Below are positions 1 to 9,143 of a stretch of DNA of 64,000 nt, one piece after another. Location: the IMG/VR virus record IMGVR_UViG_3300046543_000266, positions 1 to 64,000 of that record. The stretch is one strand, 5' to 3'. Each line of letters starts with the position of its first letter. Positions within the stretch are counted from its first letter, which is position 1. Below the pieces are notes generated by a model that worked only from the letters and a program-made list of their open reading frames with translations, made no database searches and was not told where the DNA came from. A program made the position numbers and the translations under genes.

Positions 1-17
1 ACAAGGAGTATCACACA

Positions 18-566
18 ATGCCCCGTAAATCCACCGCAATTCCCGCTGCGAAACCGGCTGCAATTCCCGCCAAGCCTGTGACCAAAGTCGCGCGCAAGCT
101 GACGCCGGAGCATTCGGCAGGTTCGCTTACGCGCGATGACATTCTCGCAGTCGTCGGACAGGCGATCGCAACGCATCCGGCACTGCAACGCGCAGACGTG
201 CAAGTCGTCGCAGACGCAAACGGCCCGATCGTTGGCAACTCGCAGAAGTCGCTTCAGCTTCAGGCTGGCCCGGCGACTTCGGGTGTTCCCGCAACGCCGA
301 TCAATCACGCGCTCGACGAACTGCATCTGCAACTGCAACTGCTGAACGCCGACCTCGGCTCGATGCAAGAAGTGCTGCGTCCGCACCTGCAGAACGCAGT
401 CTTCGACGACACGCCCGCCGAGAGCGGCTCGGTCCAACGCGCTGAAACGTATCGCACCTACGGCAGCGACATGTCGCCGACACTCGTCGCCCTCAACTGT
501 TCGCTGAACTTCGTCGAAGGACTGCGCGAGCGTATCTCGTTCCTGACCCGCAACGTCGTGAACTAA
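18..566 (+). CDS. hypothetical protein, Lys/Ala/Pro-rich N-terminus
   Basis: 182 aa ORF; AAGGAG SD at 4-9; followed by terminator. Confidence 0.75.
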   Translation: MPRKSTAIPAAKPAAIPAKPVTKVARKLTPEHSAGSLTRDDILAVVGQAIATHPALQRADVQVVADANGPIVGNSQKSLQLQAGPATSGVPATPINHALDELHLQLQLLNADLGSMQEVLRPHLQNAVFDDTPAESGSVQRAETYRTYGSDMSPTLVALNCSLNFVEGLRERISFLTRNVVN

Positions 567-604
567 TCAGACGGCGCGAGAAGCACTACCTGAAGTAGCA
601 ATGG

Positions 605-640
605 AAGGCCCGACACTGTATGCAAGGTGTCGGGCCTTTT
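605..640 (+). terminator. Rho-independent terminator
   Basis: 12-bp stem AAGGCCCGACAC/GTGTCGGGCCTT followed by T tract. Confidence 0.85.
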
Positions 641-796
641 GCCGTTTGTGGTTCGCCACACATAGAGCAAACCCGTAAACCTCCACATCACGTGGGGAGC
701 CTGACGTGAGGCGTTTTACTCCGGGTAACCGGAAAACAGCCCTGTTGCAAACTGACCACAACCCGGTTTTGGCGTCGTGCAGGGTTTTTATTGGCG

Positions 797-805
797 TGGT
801 ATAAT
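797..805 (+). promoter_or_regulatory. extended -10 sigma70-type promoter
   Basis: TGgTATAAT (TATAAT 800-805) in intergenic DNA, followed by CCGGCA/TGCCGG hairpin. Confidence 0.75.
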
Positions 806-878
806 GTACGTACCGGCAGAGGTATCCGTGCCGGGCCAAACAAACCAGTAACCTGCAAACATGCCAATAGGGGCAAAC

Positions 879-1157
879 ATGCAAACGCAAATGCAGTCGC
901 GCTGTGTCTCGCACCGGTCTGATCGTTCGGTGGTCTTCGTCAAGTCTTACGAAGAACGCCGTCTCGACGGAATCGCTCGCAAGCGCGAAGCGCGTCGCAA
1001 GCTGTTGGCGACACTCGCCGAACTCAACGCCGAGTTCGTGCATCCGGCGCACCATCTGCGCTGGAGCGAAGGCCAGTCCGAGGATCTTCTGATCACTTGG
1101 GCGTACTCGCAAGACTTGCTGTCCAGTCGTGATCAGCGCACCTTGCTGATGATGTAA
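879..1157 (+). CDS. hypothetical protein
   Basis: ORF 861..1157, second ATG preceded by AGGGG; first gene after promoter. Confidence 0.65.
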   Translation: MQTQMQSRCVSHRSDRSVVFVKSYEERRLDGIARKREARRKLLATLAELNAEFVHPAHHLRWSEGQSEDLLITWAYSQDLLSSRDQRTLLMM

Positions 1158-1165
1158 CGCAGGAC

Positions 1166-1238
1166 GGGACCTCCGGGTCCCTGTTCTTGTATCGGCTGTC
1201 TGCAACACCAATGATATCTGTCTCCTTACGATCCGGAG
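1166..1238 (+). repeat. degenerate copy of hairpin + TGATA + CTCC-N9-GGAG leader cassette
   Basis: GGGACC-TCCG-GGTCCC hairpin 1166-1181; CTCC-TTACGATCC-GGAG 1222-1238, 6 nt before ATG 1245. Confidence 0.65.
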
Positions 1239-1244
1239 TGCCGC

Positions 1245-1553
1245 ATGAAATCCCAAGTACAAATTTTCGCAGCAAACGTCCGCAACACTACGCGCACATT
1301 CGCAGAATCGCTGGTCGCTGCTGGCGTGAAAGTCAAAAGTGTCCGCCGTCTGTTTCTGCAAGACGTGCCGTCGGCCGACGCAATCACGGTTCGTGGCAAG
1401 GGTCGCTTCGATGCGCTCCTGCGCCTGAACTACGAGCTCGGCCACTTCGAGGTCTCGGTGTACAGCAAGCGCGGCACCCAGATGAAGGCAGTCGTCGCAT
1501 CGCACCACGAGTTGAGTGCGCTATTCAAGGTCTGGAACATCGCTTCGTACTGA
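1245..1553 (+). CDS. hypothetical protein
   Basis: 102 aa ORF with GGAG SD. Confidence 0.75.
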   Translation: MKSQVQIFAANVRNTTRTFAESLVAAGVKVKSVRRLFLQDVPSADAITVRGKGRFDALLRLNYELGHFEVSVYSKRGTQMKAVVASHHELSALFKVWNIASY

Positions 1554-1563
1554 GGAGACCATC

Positions 1564-1740
1564 ATGATCGAAGCGCTCAACAAGACTGCGGCTCACCGCT
1601 CGTTCGTTTCCACCACGTACCTCCGTTACGTGATCAGCCTGTACAATCGGCAGCGCGTTGACTGCCTGTATCACAGCCATATCGACTACCGCAACATGGT
1701 AGGCTATCTGGCCGGTCGCATCATCGCATCCTCGCTGTAG
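1564..1740 (+). CDS. hypothetical protein
   Basis: GAGGAG SD then ATG 1564, in frame with ORF 1516..1740. Confidence 0.65.
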   Translation: MIEALNKTAAHRSFVSTTYLRYVISLYNRQRVDCLYHSHIDYRNMVGYLAGRIIASSL

Positions 1741-1825
1741 AGTACCCTATCCCTCCGAGAAGTAGAAGCAACCACACGCGAATGCAACTATCACCAACTA
1801 AACCTTCACCAAAAGGAGCTTCACC

Positions 1826-2155
1826 ATGAAATCCCTCAAGTTCGTCATCAACACCAAGTCCCTCCTGAAACTCGTGGATGCCTCGACCATCTGCGCTCAC
1901 TTCGAAGTGCAGCAGACCAACGCCCTCGAAGCGGGCAAGATCAGCCGCCGCATCCCGCATCGCCGTCTGCAAACCTACGCGGAGGAATGCCACGCGTCGC
2001 TGCGCAGCCAAATCCGCCAATGTGTTTCGCCGAAGGACGCCGCTGTGTTGTACAACAATCTCGAGAAGCAGATCGGTCCGCACCGTCTGGGATTTCTCGG
2101 GGCCGCATGGCGCGGCGACCGGCGCTCCACTCTGAAGGCACTCAACGGCGGCTGA
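1826..2155 (+). CDS. hypothetical protein
   Basis: 109 aa ORF, AAGGAG SD. Confidence 0.75.
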   Translation: MKSLKFVINTKSLLKLVDASTICAHFEVQQTNALEAGKISRRIPHRRLQTYAEECHASLRSQIRQCVSPKDAAVLYNNLEKQIGPHRLGFLGAAWRGDRRSTLKALNGG

Positions 2156-2220
2156 CCAGTCTATCAGCCGTCTGTATCAACTACAACGAACAACTCGGGC
2201 ATCGCCCATAGGACCAGACC

Positions 2221-2562
2221 ATGAAATTCCTGAACGGTAAACGTGTCGTCGACTACGCCAACGAACTGCACACGATCAAGAAGCGCCAGCGTGAACTCCG
2301 GGAAGAGTTCCGCACACTGCGAGCACAGGGCGAGGCCATCGAAGAGTTCCTGTACCGCCGTTCGGGTGGCGAGAACTTCCGGTTCAACGGCGACGATGAC
2401 TACGTCAAGGAGCTGGACTTCGTGCCGCGTTCCCGCGAGGACATCGACGACGCTGCAGTCCGCCGCATCTTCGCCCGGCTCAACAAGAAGGTGCCGGTCA
2501 AGAGCAGCGAGTGGATCGAAATCAAAATCCGTTACGTAACCGAAGACGAGGCTGAAGAATGA
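2221..2562 (+). CDS. hypothetical protein
   Basis: 113 aa ORF, AGGA SD, strong codon bias. Confidence 0.75.
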   Translation: MKFLNGKRVVDYANELHTIKKRQRELREEFRTLRAQGEAIEEFLYRRSGGENFRFNGDDDYVKELDFVPRSREDIDDAAVRRIFARLNKKVPVKSSEWIEIKIRYVTEDEAEE

Positions 2563-2714
2563 ACCCGGTACAGGTGCTCCAAGACACTATGATCCGCACG
2601 GCAATCGTGGTGCCACTGGTCTGCGTGTTCTGTGTAGCCATAGCATACGGCGTCCGTTGCTTCTTCAAGCGGATTCTCGACGACATCGATGGTAAGAGTA
2701 AGGATTGGAAATGA
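2559..2714 (+). CDS. small membrane protein (51 aa, below ORF-track cutoff)
   Basis: Read by hand: MNPVQVLQDTMIRTAIVVPLVCVFCVAIAYGVRCFFKR...; ATGA overlaps at both ends. Confidence 0.6.
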   Translation: MNPVQVLQDTMIRTAIVVPLVCVFCVAIAYGVRCFFKRILDDIDGKSKDWK

Positions 2715-2896
2715 CTTGGAAAGCAGTAGTGTTGTGGACGTGCGTTATCACGCTGGCGGTGGCGCTCGTAGCGTTCGGCCTCCACGCGGTTGGGACGCCG
2801 CAGCCTGTCGTATCCATCATGTGTGTTGGCGTAGCTCTGACCCTGAACCGTGCTCACAGCGTCTGGCTCAACCGTCAGCGCGCCAAGGCCCGATAG
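2711..2896 (+). CDS. small membrane protein, 2 TM
   Basis: Hydrophobic ORF; ATGA coupling with upstream gene. Confidence 0.65.
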   Translation: MTWKAVVLWTCVITLAVALVAFGLHAVGTPQPVVSIMCVGVALTLNRAHSVWLNRQRAKAR

Positions 2897-2940
2897 TCTG
2901 AAGTAGATAACACCCACTCAACGACAATAGGATATAAATC

Positions 2941-3267
2941 ATGAAGAAGCAAGAAGGCAAGAAGGCATTTGTCCGCAACCTCAAACGAACGATGTTCGCG
3001 CAACTGGCGTTCATGTGCTACGTGTACGGCACATCCCACACCGAGAGCCAGCTTCTGGTGGCACACGTAGTCTGTGTGTTGACCGCAGTCATGGCCGTCC
3101 TCCTGGCTATGTTGGGTGCAGTCCACACGGAGCAGCGTGCTCAGCAAGAATGGCTGGCCTCGCAACGGGCCTCCGTTCATTACCCGGCGGGCGCTGCCTT
3201 CCAAGCTAAGGTCGACCGTGCGGAGCAGTCGTACCGCACACGTGGCCGCGTCAACGAGTTTGTCTAA
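2941..3267 (+). CDS. membrane protein
   Basis: 108 aa ORF with two hydrophobic segments. Confidence 0.65.
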   Translation: MKKQEGKKAFVRNLKRTMFAQLAFMCYVYGTSHTESQLLVAHVVCVLTAVMAVLLAMLGAVHTEQRAQQEWLASQRASVHYPAGAAFQAKVDRAEQSYRTRGRVNEFV

Positions 3268-3304
3268 CCTCAACAAGTTTGTTTTTAATAAAAGGAGTCT
3301 TACT

Positions 3305-3715
3305 ATGCCGTGCCGTGATTACGATGACGATACCAATAGCAGCCGAGCCTACAACGACATGGAGCAGCGTCTGAAAGCTCGCAACGATGAGTTGGCTCGC
3401 CATGCCTGTATCCTGGGGGCTGTTCTTGAAGACATCGCCCGTGCTCGGCGCATTCCGGCGGACGAACTCCACGAGAAGATCCGCGTCAAGCACGCGGCGT
3501 TCGGCCCGGCCGCGCTCAAGTGGTGGCTCGCACACAAGAAGGCCGACGCCGATCGCTTGAAGGAAGAAGCCAAGCAGGATGCTCTGAAGAAGCAGGGGCG
3601 CAATCTGCTGGACAAGCTCAGTGCCGAGGACCACGAAGCACTCAAGGCTGTAGGCGTTGATCTTGCCAAACTCACTAAGTTCGGCAAGACTGCCAAGACC
3701 AAGAAGGCCGCATGA
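3305..3715 (+). CDS. hypothetical protein (WW..HK..D / L.KL..E..AL family)
   Basis: AAGGAG SD before ATG 3305; similar to 4530..4862. Confidence 0.7.
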   Translation: MPCRDYDDDTNSSRAYNDMEQRLKARNDELARHACILGAVLEDIARARRIPADELHEKIRVKHAAFGPAALKWWLAHKKADADRLKEEAKQDALKKQGRNLLDKLSAEDHEALKAVGVDLAKLTKFGKTAKTKKAA

Positions 3716-3981
3716 TGAGCGGCGCTAACCGAACCTACTTCTCAGCGAAGTCCAACCCGGAGTCCGACGTTGAACCGTGGAAGTTCACTGTCGGCAGCAA
3801 GGTTGTCCCGCTCAAGACGGTTACTGCTATTCATCACGCGGATCGGACGATAGTCCAGCGGATGGTCGACCACGATACGGGAAAGCGTTACTACCGCTTC
3901 GTGTTGGGGCGCATGGGTACTGGTTTGGATAGCGCCTTCATGATGGAACAGGATTTCGAGTTGGCTCCCCAATCAAGATAA
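3712..3981 (+). CDS. hypothetical protein
   Basis: 89 aa ORF, ATGA coupling. Confidence 0.65.
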   Translation: MMSGANRTYFSAKSNPESDVEPWKFTVGSKVVPLKTVTAIHHADRTIVQRMVDHDTGKRYYRFVLGRMGTGLDSAFMMEQDFELAPQSR

Positions 3982-3994
3982 GCTTGAGGTCAGC

Positions 3995-4315
3995 ATGACG
4001 ACGTTAGAAGAAGCGCGGAAACAGTTCAAGGCGTTCGTCGATGCGTGGCGGGAGCCGATGGTTACGAGTGGTATGTTGATCGATTACGATGAAGACGTCG
4101 TGATCTTCATGAAGGACCACTCCGAGCTGATGATAGACATAGTGGCGAACGGTCGTGAGTTCATGCACTTCGAAGGTGAGTTCTCGGTCCACGTCATGTA
4201 CGATGGCAATGACTACCGGCTGACCGAGTCTGTAATCGGCCAGTCCCTGGATTCGGTGTTGAAAGACCTGCTTGAGCTGTACCGTACTTGCATGAGACAG
4301 ATCGCGTCGAAGTAG
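3995..4315 (+). CDS. acidic hypothetical protein
   Basis: 106 aa ORF, GAGG SD. Confidence 0.7.
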   Translation: MTTLEEARKQFKAFVDAWREPMVTSGMLIDYDEDVVIFMKDHSELMIDIVANGREFMHFEGEFSVHVMYDGNDYRLTESVIGQSLDSVLKDLLELYRTCMRQIASK

Positions 4316-4529
4316 TCGTATTCTGGTTGTGCGCTTTGTAACTCTAGCCCAAGGAACTGGATGATCATGTCCACCAAAATAACATCATGCATCAGCATCA
4401 CCAATAGCCACTCCAACACGCGTTGGAACCCGTCTTCGTTTCTGATTCAAACGTTTGCACTTCCGTACGACGAGAAGTTGCACCTGTACAAAGGCTGATC
4501 TCAGCCACAAACCACCCTGGAGCTGTTCC

Positions 4530-4862
4530 ATGCTGAACCGTGACATTCTTAACGCCAATAGCTACGAACGTGATCTGATCGCTCGCGCCCACAAGCTCGC
4601 GCGCATCGCTACCAACGCGCTGAACTTCCTCGAATCCCAAGATTTGTTGGGAGTGATGATCGAGTCCATCCCCGACCCGATTCAGCGCCAAGAACTCGAA
4701 AAATGGTGGGACAACCATAAGAAGGTCGTAGAGCGAGACAGTGAGAAGAAGCAGAAGGCCGAAGAGCGCGCACGCAAGGTGCAGAAAGCGCTGGCAAAGT
4801 TGACTCCGGCTGAACGAAGACTGCTTCGGATCAAGATCAAGAACGAAAGCGGAACGGCGTAG
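4530..4862 (+). CDS. hypothetical protein, paralog of 3305..3715
   Basis: GGAG SD; KWWDNHKK..ALAKLTPAERRLL motif. Confidence 0.7.
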   Translation: MLNRDILNANSYERDLIARAHKLARIATNALNFLESQDLLGVMIESIPDPIQRQELEKWWDNHKKVVERDSEKKQKAEERARKVQKALAKLTPAERRLLRIKIKNESGTA

Positions 4863-5050
4863 TTCAAGTTCAGCATCTGAGTGGTGACCACGCGGTTGCC
4901 CGTTTTCAGCTGTCTGTTCCCACTCAGTTATGAACACCCCAGTCCGACAACCCCACAAATCATGGAGAGTACATGGCATCGACCAGCAAGACCCGCACTT
5001 ACCAGCGACTGGCCTCCGTAGGCCGAGTTTTCGGACACTGGCGGAAAGTG

Positions 5051-5059
5051 TGGTATAAT
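5051..5059 (+). promoter_or_regulatory. extended -10 promoter
   Basis: TGgTATAAT (5054-5059), intergenic, followed by CGGGG/CCCCG hairpin. Confidence 0.75.
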
Positions 5060-5145
5060 AGTGTTACGGGGCCTCCGCCCCGGAGCAAACCCGGCAAATA
5101 CTCAGGTACGCTGGCAAACGCCTACAAAGCTCCCGGCGCACCCTT

Positions 5146-5161
5146 GTTGTAAAAACGCAAC
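5146..5161. promoter_or_regulatory. GTTG-N8-CAAC palindromic operator-like site
   Basis: GTTGTAAAAACGCAAC; same motif at 15493, 31410, 39015, 49962. Confidence 0.65.
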
Positions 5162-5184
5162 ACCCGCGCAACCCGGAGTGCCCT

Positions 5185-5367
5185 ATGGCAAAACGTTCCC
5201 TGAAGTACAAAGTGGTCGTGGCACCAAGCGTCCAGCAGTTGGAAGACGATGTGAACATCGCGCTGAAGTCTGGCTGGCTTCCACTCGGCGCTCCAGTCAT
5301 CGACTCCGGTAGTATCGGTTCCACGCGGTTCTATCAGGCGCTGATCCTCCAGCTGCAACCTGACTAG
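5185..5367 (+). CDS. DUF1737-like small protein
   Basis: YKVV...LEDDVNIALKSGWLPLGAP....FYQALI pattern. Confidence 0.65.
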   Translation: MAKRSLKYKVVVAPSVQQLEDDVNIALKSGWLPLGAPVIDSGSIGSTRFYQALILQLQPD

Positions 5368-5378
5368 TATGAGAAGGG

Positions 5379-5387
5379 TAGTAAATA
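5379..5387 (+). promoter_or_regulatory. TAGTAAATA box, putative phage late promoter
   Basis: Exact 9-mer, one of nine on + strand, all at gene boundaries. Confidence 0.65.
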
Positions 5388-5408
5388 CCCTGTAGCATCT
5401 GATCCTTA

Positions 5409-5425
5409 CTCCCAACGAAACGGAG
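5409..5425 (+). repeat. CTCCCAACGAAACGGAG leader cassette
   Basis: Identical 17-mer at 31938, 32684, 33375; 6 nt before ATG 5432. Confidence 0.85.
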
Positions 5426-5431
5426 CGCTTC

Positions 5432-5923
5432 ATGCAAATCTATCAACACCTGTCCCGCGATGACACCGCATCTGCCACGGTTCGTTTGAACCGCACCGAA
5501 ATGGCAGAACTGCGCAAGTTCATGCACACTCCCGAGTTTCACCAGTTCGTCGGCTTCCCCAACGGAGTCCGTCTGTATTATCGCAGCAAAGGCTGGTATC
5601 GCCTCGAAGCTACCCGCGACTACCGCGCTTGTGACAAGATCCGCGCAGCTCTGGCAATTCTGCGCAAATTCAAACGGGAGTTTCAGGCGTTGCTCGTAAC
5701 CGACATCCGCCGTCTGATCCTCGCGAAACACCCGGAGTTGCAGACCGTCGCCTATGTGGACGAATCCGACAACGCGCTGATCGGCACTTTCCATGTGCGC
5801 AACACGAAGGAGCCGCTGTCCACCGTCGCGCCTATGGAATCGCGGTTGCCTGTTGATTCCTCCAAGCTTGAGGAGTTGGCCGCAACCTTCGCCAAGTCCA
5901 ATCGAACCCGGCACCACGCATGA
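5432..5923 (+). CDS. hypothetical protein
   Basis: 163 aa ORF after leader cassette. Confidence 0.75.
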   Translation: MQIYQHLSRDDTASATVRLNRTEMAELRKFMHTPEFHQFVGFPNGVRLYYRSKGWYRLEATRDYRACDKIRAALAILRKFKREFQALLVTDIRRLILAKHPELQTVAYVDESDNALIGTFHVRNTKEPLSTVAPMESRLPVDSSKLEELAATFAKSNRTRHHA

Positions 5924-6123
5924 ACGACACCGTATTCCACATCTTCCTGATCGTCTGGGGCGTGTATCACTTCTACACGGTATTCTGCTCGGTGTACAAC
6001 CAGGAAGTCCACAAAGATACGTCGCCGGTCGTAACCCGCTGGCGCTTTGTTGGCTACGTTCTTCTGGCAGAATACCTCGTCATCGTTGTGTGGGCGGCGT
6101 CGCTGCTCCACTTACAATTCTAA
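5920..6123 (+). CDS. small membrane protein
   Basis: 67 aa, two hydrophobic segments, ATGA coupling. Confidence 0.65.
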   Translation: MNDTVFHIFLIVWGVYHFYTVFCSVYNQEVHKDTSPVVTRWRFVGYVLLAEYLVIVVWAASLLHLQF

Positions 6124-6145
6124 CTTCATACCAAGGAACCACACC

Positions 6146-6475
6146 ATGTTCGCATTCAACAAGAAGGCCACCGAAATCCAAGCCGCCGTCGAATACTGCG
6201 CACCGCACTGGATCGTGGTGATCCGCAATCCGCGCGAGTCCAAGTGGACGCCGCTGCGATCGCTCACCAAGAAGGTGCGTGTGCAGGACGAGTTCGGCAA
6301 CGAGAAGTCCAGCCGTCCGGCGATCGAGAGCTTCGAATCCAAGCAGAAAGCCGATGTGTGGGTCAAGGAAAACATGCCTGGAGTCGCGCTGACGCAGCGT
6401 AGTTCGGTGGAGCGCAACAAGGATCACGAGTGGTTCGGTTCGTCGGGTCCTTCGATTAGCGGAGAAATGCAGTGA
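6146..6475 (+). CDS. hypothetical protein
   Basis: AAGGA SD before ATG 6146. Confidence 0.7.
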   Translation: MFAFNKKATEIQAAVEYCAPHWIVVIRNPRESKWTPLRSLTKKVRVQDEFGNEKSSRPAIESFESKQKADVWVKENMPGVALTQRSSVERNKDHEWFGSSGPSISGEMQ

Positions 6476-6478
6476 TCG

Positions 6479-6487
6479 TAGTAAATA
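6479..6487 (+). promoter_or_regulatory. TAGTAAATA box
   Basis: Exact motif just after stop 6475. Confidence 0.65.
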
Positions 6488-6555
6488 GACTGGCAAGCAA
6501 CGTTTCCCCCGCCACCAATTACATACCTGCATCAATCCCCTTGGACAGCGCAACC

Positions 6556-6873
6556 ATGAAGAACCTCGTTCCTCCCATTGGTACGATGGTGCCCATCCGC
6601 TCCGGTGACGCGTCGTTGTCGAAAGACGACAAGACGTATATGTGCCGCATCACGTTCGACGAATCCACGAAGACTTGGATCATCGCGTCGCGGTTCAATC
6701 AAGCAACCGGCCGGTGGGCGCCGACTACCAAACACAAACGTCTGGGCTTCATCGTGTTCCTCAACGACAAGCCGGACACCGACGATACCCATGTGCGTAT
6801 CTCGGCAATCCAGCCTTCCGGGCAGGGAGCATACGGTGACAGCATCAAGCAATCCACGGCCAGTGAGTCGTGA
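6556..6873 (+). CDS. hypothetical protein
   Basis: ATG 6556 in frame with ORF 6472..6873. Confidence 0.65.
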   Translation: MKNLVPPIGTMVPIRSGDASLSKDDKTYMCRITFDESTKTWIIASRFNQATGRWAPTTKHKRLGFIVFLNDKPDTDDTHVRISAIQPSGQGAYGDSIKQSTASES

Positions 6874-7546
6874 ACTGTCGGTGTTCCCGGCTCTCGATAT
6901 CGGTCGGCTAGCTCGATATCGGCAGTTACAGCAGCAGGTGACTGTTGCTCGCAATCGGTATTTCAAGTTTCATGCTCAGGTCTTGCAAATCGCCAACGAG
7001 TATTACGATGCGCTACCCGAAGCGGAAGTAGTTATCCGCTTGCGTCGTGAGATCCGTATGGCAAGCAAGGGCACTCCGGAGACGATGGCTGTAGACAGTA
7101 TTACGAGTGCTGGCTACGTATCGTTTGGAACTGAGCAGCTTTACAACGCAGAGGCGCATCTGGTGAAGAAGGCGTATCGTATGCTGGCTCCGATGGTTCA
7201 CCCCGATCGGTGCGGCGGCGATGTAACTCGCTTCCAGCTAGTAAATGCAGCATACCGGCTTCGCGATCTGACGTTTCTGCAGGAACTGTACATCCAGTTG
7301 GTGAAGGACAATCTGTGGTATCGCACCACGGACGAAGCCTTTGCATACCTGGAGCAGGAACTTCAGCGTCCGGCGGTGAGCACGATGTTGCTGCGCAGTC
7401 AGCCTGAGTTCACAATCGCACAGCTTCACCTGTCGGGAAACCTGGACGCAGCGCAAGCCACCGCCCGGCGCCGTATCCTGGAACTGGTCCGCACGCTCAA
7501 CAACGAGCTGGCCTACCTGCTAACGAAAACAACCCATCCCAACTAA
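6863..7546 (+). CDS. J-domain (DnaJ-like) protein
   Basis: VKKAYRMLAPMVHPDRCGGDVTRFQLVNAAY with HPD motif; GTG start inferred. Confidence 0.8.
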   Translation: MSRELSVFPALDIGRLARYRQLQQQVTVARNRYFKFHAQVLQIANEYYDALPEAEVVIRLRREIRMASKGTPETMAVDSITSAGYVSFGTEQLYNAEAHLVKKAYRMLAPMVHPDRCGGDVTRFQLVNAAYRLRDLTFLQELYIQLVKDNLWYRTTDEAFAYLEQELQRPAVSTMLLRSQPEFTIAQLHLSGNLDAAQATARRRILELVRTLNNELAYLLTKTTHPN

Positions 7547-7554
7547 GGACCATC

Positions 7555-8328
7555 ATGGCAATTCAGAAGAAAGTGAAATCGACGGTAGCAGAAAAGCCGC
7601 CGGTCAAGAAGAGCAAGACTGCAGTCGCCGCCCCCGCTCCGGCAGCGAAGAAGGGTGTCCCCGCCAAGAAGGGCTTCCCCGCGAAGAAGGTTGGTGGTCC
7701 GGCACGTAAGCGCCCGGCGACGGCACGCAAGCCGCTCGCAACGTGGCAAGCTCCCGCCGACTTCAAGCCGCACTTCATCGAGATCGGTGTGCGTACCGAC
7801 AAGGACGGGCTGCTCAGCAACGCCATCAAGGCCACGCGCTACCAAGGTCGCTACGATCCGGAAGCCGAGGACAAGAAGAAGTTCGACGTGGGTGGTTACG
7901 ACATGGCGACGCTGGTTGGCATTCAAGCGCGTCTCGCTGGTGTGACGTTCCGCGCCAACGCAGATCGCAAGTACCCGTCGGGCATCAAGGAACGCAACGC
8001 CACGGAAACGCTGAAGAAGGAAGACGGCACCAAGCGTGAAGCCCTCGTGTTCCGCGCCGCACATCGGTTGCCCGCCAACACGACGTTCCGCATCCTGCTG
8101 CGCGTCAACAAGAAGTCGGCCGACGGCACGCTGTCGATCGTGTTCAAGCATGTCGAGCAACTCGTGAAATCGGCGAAGACGGGCAACGTCTCGCCGGTTC
8201 TGCTGGACAAGAAGGATCCGGTGTACCGCGCTTTCCGCAAGGCGAACCGCATCCTCCCGGCAGCGTTCAAGAACGTGCTCATGCCGCCGAAGCGCACTCG
8301 CGGTCGCAACGTGCCTGACGAAGAGTAA
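7555..8328 (+). CDS. hypothetical protein with histone-H1-like K/A/P N-terminal tail
   Basis: 257 aa; first ~60 aa PAAKK-type repeats. Confidence 0.8.
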   Translation: MAIQKKVKSTVAEKPPVKKSKTAVAAPAPAAKKGVPAKKGFPAKKVGGPARKRPATARKPLATWQAPADFKPHFIEIGVRTDKDGLLSNAIKATRYQGRYDPEAEDKKKFDVGGYDMATLVGIQARLAGVTFRANADRKYPSGIKERNATETLKKEDGTKREALVFRAAHRLPANTTFRILLRVNKKSADGTLSIVFKHVEQLVKSAKTGNVSPVLLDKKDPVYRAFRKANRILPAAFKNVLMPPKRTRGRNVPDEE

Positions 8329-8390
8329 CTCCTCGGGCCGCAGTAAAGTAATTCGGTAACAACAAAAACCAACCCCACGAGGTTCCCAGT

Positions 8391-8951
8391 ATGTTCGTCC
8401 AGTCCCCCAAGCAGATCACCGCTCGCATCATCGTCCCTTCGCTTATCGCCGGTGCCGCCGACGAAATCATCACCGTCCAGATGGACCTCCTGCAAGATGC
8501 AAAGAAGCAGGGTGATGTCAAGTCGGCACTCCGCGTGGTAGTCGTCAACGGAACGGTGTTTGCCGCCAAGGGCGATCTCGAACCGGTGTTCGGCATGTTC
8601 GTCAGCAAGTTCGGTATCGGCAGCCGCGACGTCGAAAACGCAACGCTGAAGTTCGGCTCGCAGCTGACTCGCCTCACGGCCGAGGCCTACTATCTGCTTG
8701 GTGGCATGACGACCAAGCAATATCGTGTTTCGAAGCTCCGGCTTGCTGAGGAAATCCGCAAGGAGCGGGAGCGCGACATGAAGGCGCAGGGTGCAGGGAT
8801 GCTGCTCGATCTGATCGACGACGGGTTCATCACGGCGGCCGAAGCCAAGAAGTTGATCGACAAGCGTATCCGGGAAATCAAGCAGCAAGGCGCAGTAGCA
8901 ACAAAGCCTGCCGCCGAATCCACCGATCCGCTGTGGGACAACATCGGCTGA
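8391..8951 (+). CDS. hypothetical protein
   Basis: 186 aa ORF, strong codon bias. Confidence 0.75.
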   Translation: MFVQSPKQITARIIVPSLIAGAADEIITVQMDLLQDAKKQGDVKSALRVVVVNGTVFAAKGDLEPVFGMFVSKFGIGSRDVENATLKFGSQLTRLTAEAYYLLGGMTTKQYRVSKLRLAEEIRKERERDMKAQGAGMLLDLIDDGFITAAEAKKLIDKRIREIKQQGAVATKPAAESTDPLWDNIG

Positions 8952-9009
8952 CCGGTTTTCGAAGTGTGTTACAATACTGCCAGCCGCCGCGCACAGCATT
9001 CCCGGCGGG

Positions 9010-9054
9010 TAGTAAATACAGCACAGTAGCAAACTCCGCAGCACGTAGTAAATA
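9010..9054 (+). promoter_or_regulatory. tandem TAGTAAATA boxes
   Basis: Exact motifs at 9010-9018 and 9046-9054 upstream of 9144. Confidence 0.7.
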
Positions 9055-9143
9055 TCGTATGTACGGGGCAGTCTGTACTCGCAATCACAGACATCACAAC
9101 CAATCCAACGTTTCACCATTCTTTATCGATAAAGGAATACAAA

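Noticed and set aside
744-762. GTTG..CAAC upstream of the 800 promoter as a sixth operator
   Set aside because: Spacer is 11 nt rather than 8 and the position does not match -41.5.
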